Shown: positions 17,667 through 26,559 of the stretch, in pieces | How the letters are laid out: every line of letters starts with the position of its first letter | Position numbering within the stretch: the stretch's first letter is position 1 | From: an uncultured archaeon | GTDB lineage: Archaea; Asgardarchaeota; Thorarchaeia; Thorarchaeales; Thorarchaeaceae | Assembly: GCA_964354495.1 (NCBI GenBank) | Contig: CAYHAA010000004.1 | Location: 167,208 to 199,207 of the forward strand | Direction: 5' to 3' | Length of the DNA: 32,000 bases | Made by a program: the position numbers and the translations under genes | Notes under the pieces: generated by a model | Databases searched by the model: none | What the model was told of the DNA's origin: nothing | The model's input: only the letters and a program-made list of their open reading frames with translations

Positions 17667-18251
17667 ATGACAGAGAGTGGAGTATCAACGCACAGGCCTG
17701 AAGACTATGTCAATCTTGGTAGTGTATTCAGGAACTCTGCAACAATCACCTTCGTTGTTCAGATAATAGCAGTCATAATAATGGTAGGTGCACTAGCAGC
17801 CTATGTCATAGGAGATGTCTACTTCGCCCTATCAGAAGACTTGCAGATACTAGCACTCCTTTTTGGAAGCATAATAGCACTGGTTGTGTTTTTGGCTGCA
17901 ATAAGTGCATTCGTCAGATTCTCAAGGAGGATTGGCGACGCAGTGGTCGGTCCAGGAATTGAAGAGGTTCGAATGGACACGCCAAGAGTGAAAGCGGTGG
18001 TCATCCTATATGGACTCCTTGTTGCGCTGATGGGCATTACAGGATTCTATGCGTGGTATCTGATTGACACAAACTACCTCGTGGCCTGGGCTGCATCTTA
18101 CCACTCCATCTCGCTCAGAGTGTTCGGTCTCGCACTGGGCGCGTTCTTCATTGCGCTGCTCATTCAGATCATCGTTGCCGGAGTGGGAAGAAGTGCGACA
18201 AAGGTAATCATCGAGGTCCTTGATGCAGACGACTCCGAGTTCACTGACTAG
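17667..18251 (+). CDS. Hypothetical 4-TM membrane protein
   Basis: Four hydrophobic segments forming two hairpins; acidic C-terminal tail. Confidence 0.8.
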   Translation: MTESGVSTHRPEDYVNLGSVFRNSATITFVVQIIAVIIMVGALAAYVIGDVYFALSEDLQILALLFGSIIALVVFLAAISAFVRFSRRIGDAVVGPGIEEVRMDTPRVKAVVILYGLLVALMGITGFYAWYLIDTNYLVAWAASYHSISLRVFGLALGAFFIALLIQIIVAGVGRSATKVIIEVLDADDSEFTD

Positions 18252-18252
18252 T

Positions 18253-18570
18253 TCACTCGGAAGACTCCTCATCAATATCGAAGACAACATCCTCAAGTAT
18301 CTCTTCCATTGGAGGCATGTACTTAGGTCGTTCAGTCTGTTTCTGGTCGATGCGCTCAAGGTACTCAATTGTCTTAAAGACACTATACACTCCGAAGGCA
18401 AATCCAAAGAGAGATCCCAGAATAGCGCCCCATGTTGCCCCTGAGGGGCCTGCAATCGATTGCCCCAGAATCTGACCGACCAATAGAAGAGCGACCACAG
18501 AGCATGGAAGCTCTGAGGCAACTGCAATCCAAGGACCCACTCCTCCAAAGCCGCTGGGAGACTCGTTCAT
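18253..18570 (-). CDS. AtpZ/AtpI (ATPase gene-1)-like 2-TM protein
   Basis: A..EL...V....L.G...G then W GAILGSLFGFAFGVYSVFK matches the Gly-patterned hairpin of the ATPase gene-1 family; adjacent to the ATPase cluster. Confidence 0.6.
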   Translation of the reverse strand: MNESPSGFGGVGPWIAVASELPCSVVALLLVGQILGQSIAGPSGATWGAILGSLFGFAFGVYSVFKTIEYLERIDQKQTERPKYMPPMEEILEDVVFDIDEESSE

Positions 18571-18676
18571 GCCTGAACTGAGGACAGGAGTTTCGAATAT
18601 CCGTTTTGGTCATGATTAAATACGAATATTGAGTGTCTTTCGTGAGGAAATAGCGCCTCAGACATGAGGGAACATA

Positions 18677-19963
18677 GTGAATATTTCAGTGAATTACGGT
18701 AGTAAGAAACTCGAGCTGCACATCCCTGACTCCAATTTCGGTGGGAAGATTGAACCAAAGCAGCTTCATCCTATTTCAGATGAGATGCAGGAACTGAAAC
18801 GAGTCCTTGACAACCCGCATGGCAAAAAGCTCTCAGAACTGGCGAAAAAGAAGAGTGTGTGCGTTCTTGTTGAGGACCATACACGAAACGCACCGTATCA
18901 GGCAATGATCAACTCAATTGTCCCTCGGCTCGTTGGAGCTGCGCAAGTCCAGTTCATCATCACTACCGGTACACATGAGGTGGATCATCCCACCAATCAT
19001 GCAATAGTGGAGATGATCCGGAAGGCAGCAAAGGACTGCAAACTAGCCAAGTATGACATCCTCATACATGATTGCCATGCCAAGAATGTCGTCAATCTAG
19101 GAAAGACGAGTAGGGGAACTCCCGTCATCATCGACTCCGCAGCTGCGGGGCACGATGTCTATGTCAGTCTATCAGACATGAAGGCGCACTACTTTGCAGG
19201 GTATTCGAACGTTGTCAAGAACTTCCTGCCAGGAGTCTGTTCCTTCAAGACAGTTGAGGCAAACCATTCCATGGCGCTCGACCCGAGGTCCACATTTGGA
19301 ATACACCCCTTCCATCCAGACCCAACACGACGTGATAACCCTCTGGCTGATGATATGAGAGAAGCGATGGGAATGATTGCCAAAAAGAGCAAGGTATTCG
19401 TGCTTGCAGTTGTATCAAGCAGCAGAAAGGTGACCTGGGCAGACGCAGGGGAAGTAGAACCCGTCACGGCAGCAGCTATGGAGTATCTTGACGAAACAGC
19501 AAGCTTCAGGGTCACACCATGTCCGAGAATCATTGTTTCACCGGGCGGTTACCCAGAGGACAAGAGCCTCTATAATGCTCAGAGGGCCATTGAGCTGACC
19601 AAGAACGCAGTTGCTGACAAAGGGGAGATACTCTTCCTAGCCGAGTGTCGAGAGGGTGTGGCTCCAGAAGAGGCGATTGAGAACTTCTACAACAAGCTCA
19701 AGGCGCCCCTTGATGATGTGATAGCCTCCATCAGCGGAACATACCATCTATACGAGCATAAGGCCTACAAGTTTGCAGAGCTCATGAAGCGGGTTGCCAG
19801 AATTAGAATGTTCACGGATCTTGACAGGAACACCGTGGAATCAGTTCATCTTGAGAAGACAGATGATCCACAGTCCGTGATCGATGAATGGGTCTCTGCA
19901 GATCCGCTTGGCAAGATTCTTGTATTTGACCAGAGCAACAAGATTGCAGTCTACGCAGACTAG
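18677..19963 (+). CDS. LarA-family (nickel-pincer-dependent lactate racemase-like) protein
   Basis: EDHTR, TGTH, HDC, HYFAGY....KNFLPG, ANH and PGGYPEDKSLYNA correspond to LarA catalytic and cofactor-attachment motifs. Confidence 0.88.
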   Translation: MNISVNYGSKKLELHIPDSNFGGKIEPKQLHPISDEMQELKRVLDNPHGKKLSELAKKKSVCVLVEDHTRNAPYQAMINSIVPRLVGAAQVQFIITTGTHEVDHPTNHAIVEMIRKAAKDCKLAKYDILIHDCHAKNVVNLGKTSRGTPVIIDSAAAGHDVYVSLSDMKAHYFAGYSNVVKNFLPGVCSFKTVEANHSMALDPRSTFGIHPFHPDPTRRDNPLADDMREAMGMIAKKSKVFVLAVVSSSRKVTWADAGEVEPVTAAAMEYLDETASFRVTPCPRIIVSPGGYPEDKSLYNAQRAIELTKNAVADKGEILFLAECREGVAPEEAIENFYNKLKAPLDDVIASISGTYHLYEHKAYKFAELMKRVARIRMFTDLDRNTVESVHLEKTDDPQSVIDEWVSADPLGKILVFDQSNKIAVYAD

Positions 19964-21480
19964 TCTTCAGTCCACTTGATCTTGGATACTGCCCCGTAGA
20001 GCGCTTTGAAGGCCTCAAAGCCCCTCTTGTAGACATCAAGGGTTTCCGCTCTCGGATTCAGCGGCGGTAGAGTATCTACCATCTCTTCAGACGCCTTGAC
20101 GACTGACTTGAAAACGCCAATCCCCTTGAATGCAAGTATTGCTGCGCCAACTGCAGTTGCCTCGTCCATCTTGGTCCGAATGACCGGAGTCCGCAAGACA
20201 TCTGCCTGAATCTGCATCCATACCTCGCTTCGAGCAGCCCCTCCAGTCACCCGAACTTCCTTTGAGGGAAGGCCGAGCTCTCGCATCACTTCAACATTGG
20301 TTCGGATTTCGTAGGAGACCCCCTCGAGAATGGCACGAATCAGATGAGCACGAGTATGGCCCAGAGCAAGACCAGCAAAGATGCCCCTAGCACGGGGATT
20401 CCAGTTTGGCGCTCCTGCACCAACGAAGTGCGGAATGTGAATAACACCTTCTGATCCAGGAGCAATTTCGTCGGCTTCAGCAGTGAGGACATCATAGGGG
20501 TTGACGCTCTTCTCATCGGCAATCGCCATCTCCTCGCTCCCAAGATTATCACGGAACCACCTCAGAGCGGACCCGGTCGTGAACATGCTCGCCTCCACGA
20601 CATAGGCATTGGGAACAACGTGACGACTACAGAGGACTCTCATTGCGGGATCAAGACGGACAGTCTTTGAGTGGGCAAGCAGGAATGTGCCAGTTCCCGT
20701 GGTTGACTTTATCATGCCCTCACGGACCACACCGACTCCCAAGGCTGCGCACTGCTGATCGCCGCCACCAGCCACTATAGGAGTTCCTGGCCTCAGGCCA
20801 GTCTCTCTTGCTGCAACATCTGTGAGCTCGCCCACAAGGGAACCAGACTCAACCGGCCTAGGAAGCTTCTCAATTGGGATGTCGAGAGTGTTCAGCATTG
20901 TGTCTGACCAAGCACCTGACCTAACATCTAAGAGAAGTGTCCTGCTTGCATTCGAATAGTCTGTGACAAGTTGTCCTGATAGTCGATAGATGAGGTAATC
21001 ATGCACCAGAAGGAATCTATCTGTGGCATCGAAAACGGGCTTTTCATGCGCACGAATCCAGAGCAACTTGGGTGCAGTGAAATACGGGTCGATAGTGAGC
21101 CCTGTCACAGCGTACACCTGAGCAGGAGTGATCTGTTTCCGTATCCAGTCACACTGTGGTATCGTGCGTCGGTCCTGCCAGACGATAGCATTTCGTAATG
21201 GCTTCCCATTCCCATCAATTGGGACAACTGTCTCACGCTGGTTTGTGACACTGATGCCCACAATATGCTCAGGACTGATGTTGTTTTGTCTGATGCACTG
21301 CTGGATTGTCAGACAGGCCTTCTCCCACCAGCTCTCAGACCTCTGCTCGACCCAAGAGGGGTGGGGAAAAAGTGACTCATACTCTGCATAGGCCTTCGCA
21401 ACGACAGTCCCGGACTTGCCAAAGAACATGGAGCGGACACCGGTCGTTCCTGCATCAATGGCTAAGACGAGTTCAGTCAT
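19960..21480 (-). CDS. FGGY-family carbohydrate kinase, glycerol-kinase-like
   Basis: AIDAGTTGVRS, TNQRET, WQDRRT, DPYFTAPK, TDYSNASRT, GDQQ, VTGGAA. Start refined to ATG 21480. Confidence 0.9.
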   Translation of the reverse strand: MTELVLAIDAGTTGVRSMFFGKSGTVVAKAYAEYESLFPHPSWVEQRSESWWEKACLTIQQCIRQNNISPEHIVGISVTNQRETVVPIDGNGKPLRNAIVWQDRRTIPQCDWIRKQITPAQVYAVTGLTIDPYFTAPKLLWIRAHEKPVFDATDRFLLVHDYLIYRLSGQLVTDYSNASRTLLLDVRSGAWSDTMLNTLDIPIEKLPRPVESGSLVGELTDVAARETGLRPGTPIVAGGGDQQCAALGVGVVREGMIKSTTGTGTFLLAHSKTVRLDPAMRVLCSRHVVPNAYVVEASMFTTGSALRWFRDNLGSEEMAIADEKSVNPYDVLTAEADEIAPGSEGVIHIPHFVGAGAPNWNPRARGIFAGLALGHTRAHLIRAILEGVSYEIRTNVEVMRELGLPSKEVRVTGGAARSEVWMQIQADVLRTPVIRTKMDEATAVGAAILAFKGIGVFKSVVKASEEMVDTLPPLNPRAETLDVYKRGFEAFKALYGAVSKIKWTED

Positions 21481-21537
21481 GGCGGACACGTGTCTTCTCA
21501 GAGGATAGCATCCATGATATGAAGGCATCGAGAACGG

Positions 21538-21825
21538 CTACTTGTAGGACAGCTCTGTTTCGATGACCTCTAGGATGGACCGTCGAGGGCCTATACACTC
21601 CATCTTGAAGGCATGGTCGTTCTTGAGCCGTTGTTCGAGCCTCATGGCATCACTCCGGTTCTTGCACTCAGTGATGTACACAACATATGCGGGCCTATGC
21701 ATGCGGAGATAGGCTGCAGAACGGGAGCTGTCTGACACGTGCTCGCTGAACCGACGGGCAAGATTATTGGTCATCCCAGTGTAGTAGGTTCCATCCACAG
21801 TTTCGACAATATACACAAAATGCAT
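21538..21825 (-). CDS. GIY-YIG nuclease (UPF0213/YhbQ-like)
   Basis: FVYIVETVDGTYYTGMTNNLARRFSEH, with the conserved Glu in AMRLEQRLK. Confidence 0.9.
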   Translation of the reverse strand: MHFVYIVETVDGTYYTGMTNNLARRFSEHVSDSSRSAAYLRMHRPAYVVYITECKNRSDAMRLEQRLKNDHAFKMECIGPRRSILEVIETELSYK

Positions 21826-21847
21826 GACTTGTTCAAATGGTCACACA

Positions 21848-21855
21848 ATATAAAA
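21848..21855. promoter_or_regulatory. Putative bidirectional TATA box
   Basis: ATATAAAA between the divergent GIY-YIG gene (23 nt from its ATG, leaderless spacing) and the epimerase gene. Confidence 0.5.
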
Positions 21856-21901
21856 TAGATAAAGACGATGGAGAGAAAGAGTTACAAGGTGACTCTAGCC
21901 T

Positions 21902-22870
21902 ATGTCGAAAGAAGAAATGACAGGCACAGTGATTGTGACAGGAGCAGCTGGATTCATCGGGAGCAATCTTGTAGATCTTCTCCTCTCCAGAGGATACGAC
22001 GTAATAGGGATTGACAACTTCAGAACTGGAAGTAGAGAGAATCTTGCAGAGGCCATTAAGAGTAGACAGTTCCAACTGATTGAGGCGGATGTCTCAGATG
22101 ATAGCTTGATCAATAGAGTCAAGGAGAAAGTGGATACGGTATTCCATCTTGCCGCAGTCTCATCAGTGAAGCAGTCCTTAGAGGACCCCATCTTCGTCAA
22201 TAGAGTAAATGTCGCAGGCACACTCAATGTCTTTGAGATGGCACGCAGGTCAGACGCGCGGAGAATCGTCTTTAGCTCGAGCGCAGCAGTCTATGGCGAC
22301 CCAGAATCGATGCCAGTCCGCGAGGAATTTCCCTGCACTCCACTCAGTCCGTATGCAGCATCCAAGATGGCGGGAGAGCTCTATCTCCAATCCTATAGCA
22401 CATCCTATGGTATCGGAGGCACAATTCTCAGATACTTCAATGTCTTTGGACCGAGACAGGTATGCTCCGAGTATAGCGGAGTGATCTCAATCTTCATCAA
22501 TCAGGCACTCGGAAATAGACCCATAACGATTGAGGGAACCGGAGAACAGACTCGAAGTTTTGTCTACGTGGATGATGTAGTATTGGCGACCCTGCAAGCC
22601 GCTGAAAAGCCAAGTGCAGAGGGCATGATATTGAATCTTTCAGGAACTGAGTCTATCTCAATAGCTGATCTGGCGCAATCTATCAAGAGGAATGTCAAAG
22701 GTACTAAGTCCAAGATCGTTCATGTCAGTCCCAGGGCTGGCGATGTCAAGGACAGCATAGGCAGCATCGAGAGAGCCCAGAAGATACTAGACTTCAATCC
22801 CGAAACTGGACTGCTCAGCGGGCTCCGGAAGACCATTCGGTGGTATAGAGCCCGCAAGCTTACATTGTGA
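21902..22870 (+). CDS. NAD-dependent nucleotide-sugar epimerase/dehydratase (extended SDR, GalE-like)
   Basis: VTGAAGFIG, HLAA, SSSAAVYG, YxxxK in PYAASK, RYFNVFGPRQ, RAGDV. Confidence 0.93.
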   Translation: MSKEEMTGTVIVTGAAGFIGSNLVDLLLSRGYDVIGIDNFRTGSRENLAEAIKSRQFQLIEADVSDDSLINRVKEKVDTVFHLAAVSSVKQSLEDPIFVNRVNVAGTLNVFEMARRSDARRIVFSSSAAVYGDPESMPVREEFPCTPLSPYAASKMAGELYLQSYSTSYGIGGTILRYFNVFGPRQVCSEYSGVISIFINQALGNRPITIEGTGEQTRSFVYVDDVVLATLQAAEKPSAEGMILNLSGTESISIADLAQSIKRNVKGTKSKIVHVSPRAGDVKDSIGSIERAQKILDFNPETGLLSGLRKTIRWYRARKLTL

Positions 22871-25800
22871 CTGTGATGATGAGGTTGAACTGGTCGACCA
22901 CACCTTCCTCAGTTCTCAGAACGACCTGCACAATGTATTGTGCAACTATCAGGCCTTCTGGCAGGTACACCGCCATCTTTGGCGATGTTCCATAGAGGTC
23001 TCCAGCCCCAAGGTCTCCAATGTCCAACGTGTATGTCGTATTTGAGGCTGTGATGATGGGTGTGACCGTAGAGCCATGCCAGAGGAGTGAGAAGTTCCCT
23101 GAAGGTGGTACAACAACATCAAGGTACAGGTGACGACTGACATTATCGTTATTGCGCATGAGGGTCACTAGGCTCGTGAAACCCCCGGAGTCTATTGTCA
23201 CCGGACTGAACATGACGGATTCGAATCCGACTTCGCCTTCCTCTATCGTACTCTGGTTCAGGAGCCCGAACATCTTGTAGTAGGCTTCGATAACATTCGA
23301 ACCAAGCTCCACTCGTTCCCCCGTCCTAGCATCAACAAGGCCCACTCCGCCGAGTTTCTGGATGACCCTGTCCGTGGACGTCTCCACCTCTAGGAAGACA
23401 GGAACGATGAAGAATAGGTCACCGCCAAGATGATACAATAGTCTGTTCCCATAGCGGTGTGCACCCCACAGTTGGAGTTGCGTCCTGACCGCATCATTGG
23501 TCTCAAAGGCCTGTTGGGCAGCTATCGGACCCAGCCAACTGGAGGCACCACTCTCTCCAGCCCGATAGAACGTGAATTCACCGAACCGCTGATTACCACA
23601 GCCCATGATATAGACGCCGGCCAGATTGTGTGCGGATAGTGCGGAGGATGCAATCTTGAACTCTGCGTTGTGGTATGCAATGAAGCGTTCCTCGCCCTCG
23701 ATGTTCATGAGAACGTAACGAGTATCAGAGTCGTCGGGCTTCTGATGAAAATCGACACCATCAAGCCAAGTATTTGGATTATCAACATGGTAGATGTACG
23801 CTATGTCAAGCTGGCGCTCGTAGAGGTCCTCAGGCCACTTCATCTGCGACTGAAGCCAGTCAGGGGTCACTTTCCAGTCATAATAGCTCTTGTAGGTCGC
23901 ATCCAAGAAGATGTCTTCACCCGTGACAGGCGACTCGTAGAACTCCAGTTCACCGGTCTCTACATCAACAAGGACCAGTCCTAGGAATCGCATATAGTGC
24001 TCATGGGCGTAGCCAGTGGACAAGTGATAGTCAATGTAAATCGACATCGCATAGCTTATTCCACCATTGGGGTCGACCACAATATACGGATCGGAGTCAA
24101 CCGACAGCCCCTGAAGCATTATGGATTCTACTCTTGAGAGAGCATCCCTCTCCATAAGAATATCCATATCTCGACCGAGGTATGACCATGCCTCAGGACC
24201 CATAGAAAAGAGATAGAAGAATGACTCAAAACCCCTGAGCGTGTAGTCGGGTGAACCAGCAAATGATTTGTTTCCAACCTCTTCAAAATTGGGAACATTC
24301 ACGAACACGTTGTCTCTGAAGCCATTGCCCTCTCCATAGTAGAAGCCGACCTCTTCTGTTCTATTGAGCAAGGCGATATAATTGGCGTCTTCCACAATCT
24401 CCCCGCTGAATGCATCAAGAATGATCATCCCCTCTGTATGCGTGTAGATGATGAACTCGTTGATGAAATTGGTTCTTGTGGCACTTGTCTCGAATGTGAG
24501 CGGAGCCAGCCAATACTCATGGCCCTTCAAGAATACGATATCGGAGTCTGCCAACTGCATCCAGTTAGCTCCTATCTGATTACGCATCCGCAGATAACTA
24601 GCAGTCTGATCCCATTGGCGGACAGTAGTCAGATACGCAATCTCGCTCTCAGGAGTGGCATTCGATGTCAGGGCATCAATCGACTTAATCTCGAGGTTGT
24701 TGAGGCCCGCAGCCCAGTTTGTGATATCAATCTCCTTAGTGGTCTCCAGATTGAACCTCCAGTCCACATACTTGTCGCCATTCATCTGAATTCCGTAGTA
24801 GAAAGCCTGGGTCACCGGAAGCAGCACAACAAGGGCAATAAGGACGACGGACAGAATGGCGAAGTTGCGCGGAGACCCTCCAATGGGCAGCATCCGTTCA
24901 ATCTTGAGCCGCCTGAGCTCGCCTGCAATGTGAGTGCGATCCTCCATGAGATTACCAACACGCGTTCTGTACTCATCAGCTGTGGAGGCACCAGACTCGT
25001 ACTCCTGGCGGAGAGAGAGAAGCTCACCCTGGAGTCTAGCAAGGTCACCCTCTAGTGAAGCAATCTTTGACTTCAAGCGCTGCCGTACGTCACCAGAACG
25101 GACACGAATCACCATAAAGGCAAATGACCCAAAGAGACAGGCTCCTAGGGCAATAATCATGGCAAGATATGTCATCCAGGTTCCCGCATTCACTGTCCAC
25201 ATTGGTACTCCAAGTATCTCAATGACGAGTGCGAGTGCAGCAACAAGAAGGCCCTTTGAAACAACCACGAAGATATCCCGGCGCTGCAACATCAGGTCTG
25301 TGATGATACTGAGGATGAGCCGCGCAGCGGTGGCAATGACCAGCGTCGCAATTAGACCGAGGTACAACTGATAGGCCTCCATCGCAGGAATGAGTGACAT
25401 AATGGAGTCTGCGGAGGTGCCGGGAGCAAAGGGAAGCACAAACAGTGTGGTGAGCTGGCCGGGGGATATCGAGATAGAACCATCTACTACCAACATCGTG
25501 AGAAAAGCAACATTCTGCCCTGTGATCGAGTACCCTCCTGTCGATACATAGAAGAGAAAGAATCCACCAAACTCAAGAAACCTCCAAATCAGGGCGGTCC
25601 TGTTGTCCAGCTTCTTGAGCACGGGACCCGCCTGTGAGACCGCAGTTACGAAGGAGAGAAAAGTAGACCGGGACCAGAGGGTAACAAGGCTACTGAGGAT
25701 TGCCAGAAACAGGGAGGCTGTGAAGACGTTGTTCTGAAGCGTCCAAGTGTCCCAGAAGTTGACACCAGCCTTCGCGTTGTACATACTGATGTTGATACTC

Positions 25801-25892
25801 TGGCCGAGCAGCCATCCGTACACAGTACTGAAGACAGCCACAATGACTGCGGCTATCACAGCAAGTACAATGATCATTCGGAGAAGTTTCAT
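22860..25892 (-). CDS. UPF0182 (COG1615)-family membrane protein with coiled-coil insert and C-terminal Ig-like domain
   Basis: N-terminal multi-TM region, then UPF0182-type motifs TTVRQWD, YTHT.G, Y.GE, DPYIVVD, WPEDLY..Q and YHV.NP. Start refined to ATG 25892 (GAGGTG RBS). Confidence 0.8.
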   Translation of the reverse strand: MKLLRMIIVLAVIAAVIVAVFSTVYGWLLGQSINISMYNAKAGVNFWDTWTLQNNVFTASLFLAILSSLVTLWSRSTFLSFVTAVSQAGPVLKKLDNRTALIWRFLEFGGFFLFYVSTGGYSITGQNVAFLTMLVVDGSISISPGQLTTLFVLPFAPGTSADSIMSLIPAMEAYQLYLGLIATLVIATAARLILSIITDLMLQRRDIFVVVSKGLLVAALALVIEILGVPMWTVNAGTWMTYLAMIIALGACLFGSFAFMVIRVRSGDVRQRLKSKIASLEGDLARLQGELLSLRQEYESGASTADEYRTRVGNLMEDRTHIAGELRRLKIERMLPIGGSPRNFAILSVVLIALVVLLPVTQAFYYGIQMNGDKYVDWRFNLETTKEIDITNWAAGLNNLEIKSIDALTSNATPESEIAYLTTVRQWDQTASYLRMRNQIGANWMQLADSDIVFLKGHEYWLAPLTFETSATRTNFINEFIIYTHTEGMIILDAFSGEIVEDANYIALLNRTEEVGFYYGEGNGFRDNVFVNVPNFEEVGNKSFAGSPDYTLRGFESFFYLFSMGPEAWSYLGRDMDILMERDALSRVESIMLQGLSVDSDPYIVVDPNGGISYAMSIYIDYHLSTGYAHEHYMRFLGLVLVDVETGELEFYESPVTGEDIFLDATYKSYYDWKVTPDWLQSQMKWPEDLYERQLDIAYIYHVDNPNTWLDGVDFHQKPDDSDTRYVLMNIEGEERFIAYHNAEFKIASSALSAHNLAGVYIMGCGNQRFGEFTFYRAGESGASSWLGPIAAQQAFETNDAVRTQLQLWGAHRYGNRLLYHLGGDLFFIVPVFLEVETSTDRVIQKLGGVGLVDARTGERVELGSNVIEAYYKMFGLLNQSTIEEGEVGFESVMFSPVTIDSGGFTSLVTLMRNNDNVSRHLYLDVVVPPSGNFSLLWHGSTVTPIITASNTTYTLDIGDLGAGDLYGTSPKMAVYLPEGLIVAQYIVQVVLRTEEGVVDQFNLIITVTM

Positions 25893-25954
25893 GTAGTCCA
25901 CCTCGTTGGTCCTAAGTCTATCGGATTCCGTTTCACCCATATGAGCCTAACGTT

Positions 25955-26461
25955 TCATGAGCTTTCTAGATAATGACGCTGAGAACGAAGAGCATAGGAG
26001 TGTTCATCCATGGCTCTCGAGACCGCAAGAATGCCATTCAGATGGTCGAACTCATGCTGAAGAAGCTCGGAGAGATCATCTGCTAGTTCCTTTGACTGTC
26101 GGTGCCAGTGCTCATCCCTGTACTCGATAGTACAGGAACGATGCCGCAGTACTCGCACAAGAAGATCAGGGAAGCTCATGCAGTCATCCCATACTTCAAA
26201 CATCGCACCACTCAGATTCTTCAAGACAGGGTTGATGAAGACTGTAGGCTTGTCAATGTGCATGTAGATTAGCCGCTTCATGACACCAATTTGAGGTGCT
26301 GCAATCGCTCGTCCGGCACCGTATCGGATCCGAAAGGCCATCATGGTGTCATGAAGATCTTGTATAATGGGTCTCAGTGACTCAAGTTCGGACTGCTTGA
26401 CATCTTCTGATACCTTGTACAGCTGAGGGTTTCCAAGGAGTAGAATCTCTCGTGCGGTCAT
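25955..26461 (-). CDS. def: Peptide deformylase (variant motifs)
   Basis: GRAIAAPQIG, FINP, DDCMSFP (metal-ligand Cys), QHEFDHLNG. Start refined to ATG 26461 (MTAREILLLGNP). Confidence 0.88.
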   Translation of the reverse strand: MTAREILLLGNPQLYKVSEDVKQSELESLRPIIQDLHDTMMAFRIRYGAGRAIAAPQIGVMKRLIYMHIDKPTVFINPVLKNLSGAMFEVWDDCMSFPDLLVRVLRHRSCTIEYRDEHWHRQSKELADDLSELLQHEFDHLNGILAVSRAMDEHSYALRSQRHYLESS

Positions 26462-26559
26462 CAACCTTGGATTGGAATTCGCATAGTTAAGAGTATGACT
26501 CAACGGTCCATCTGCTCTCAGTCGATAACAATATCAAGTAGGGAACATGGTGGAGAGCT

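Noticed and set aside
18006-18548. 180-aa minus-strand ORF
   Set aside because: Overlaps both the 4-TM gene and the AtpZ-like gene in another frame; no coherent composition.
21538-21825. GIY-YIG gene as a homing endonuclease or mobile element
   Set aside because: Minimal UPF0213-size catalytic domain only; no intron/intein context, terminal repeats or transposase.
24438-25371. 205-aa and 145-aa plus-strand ORFs
   Set aside because: Antisense shadows of the UPF0182 gene.
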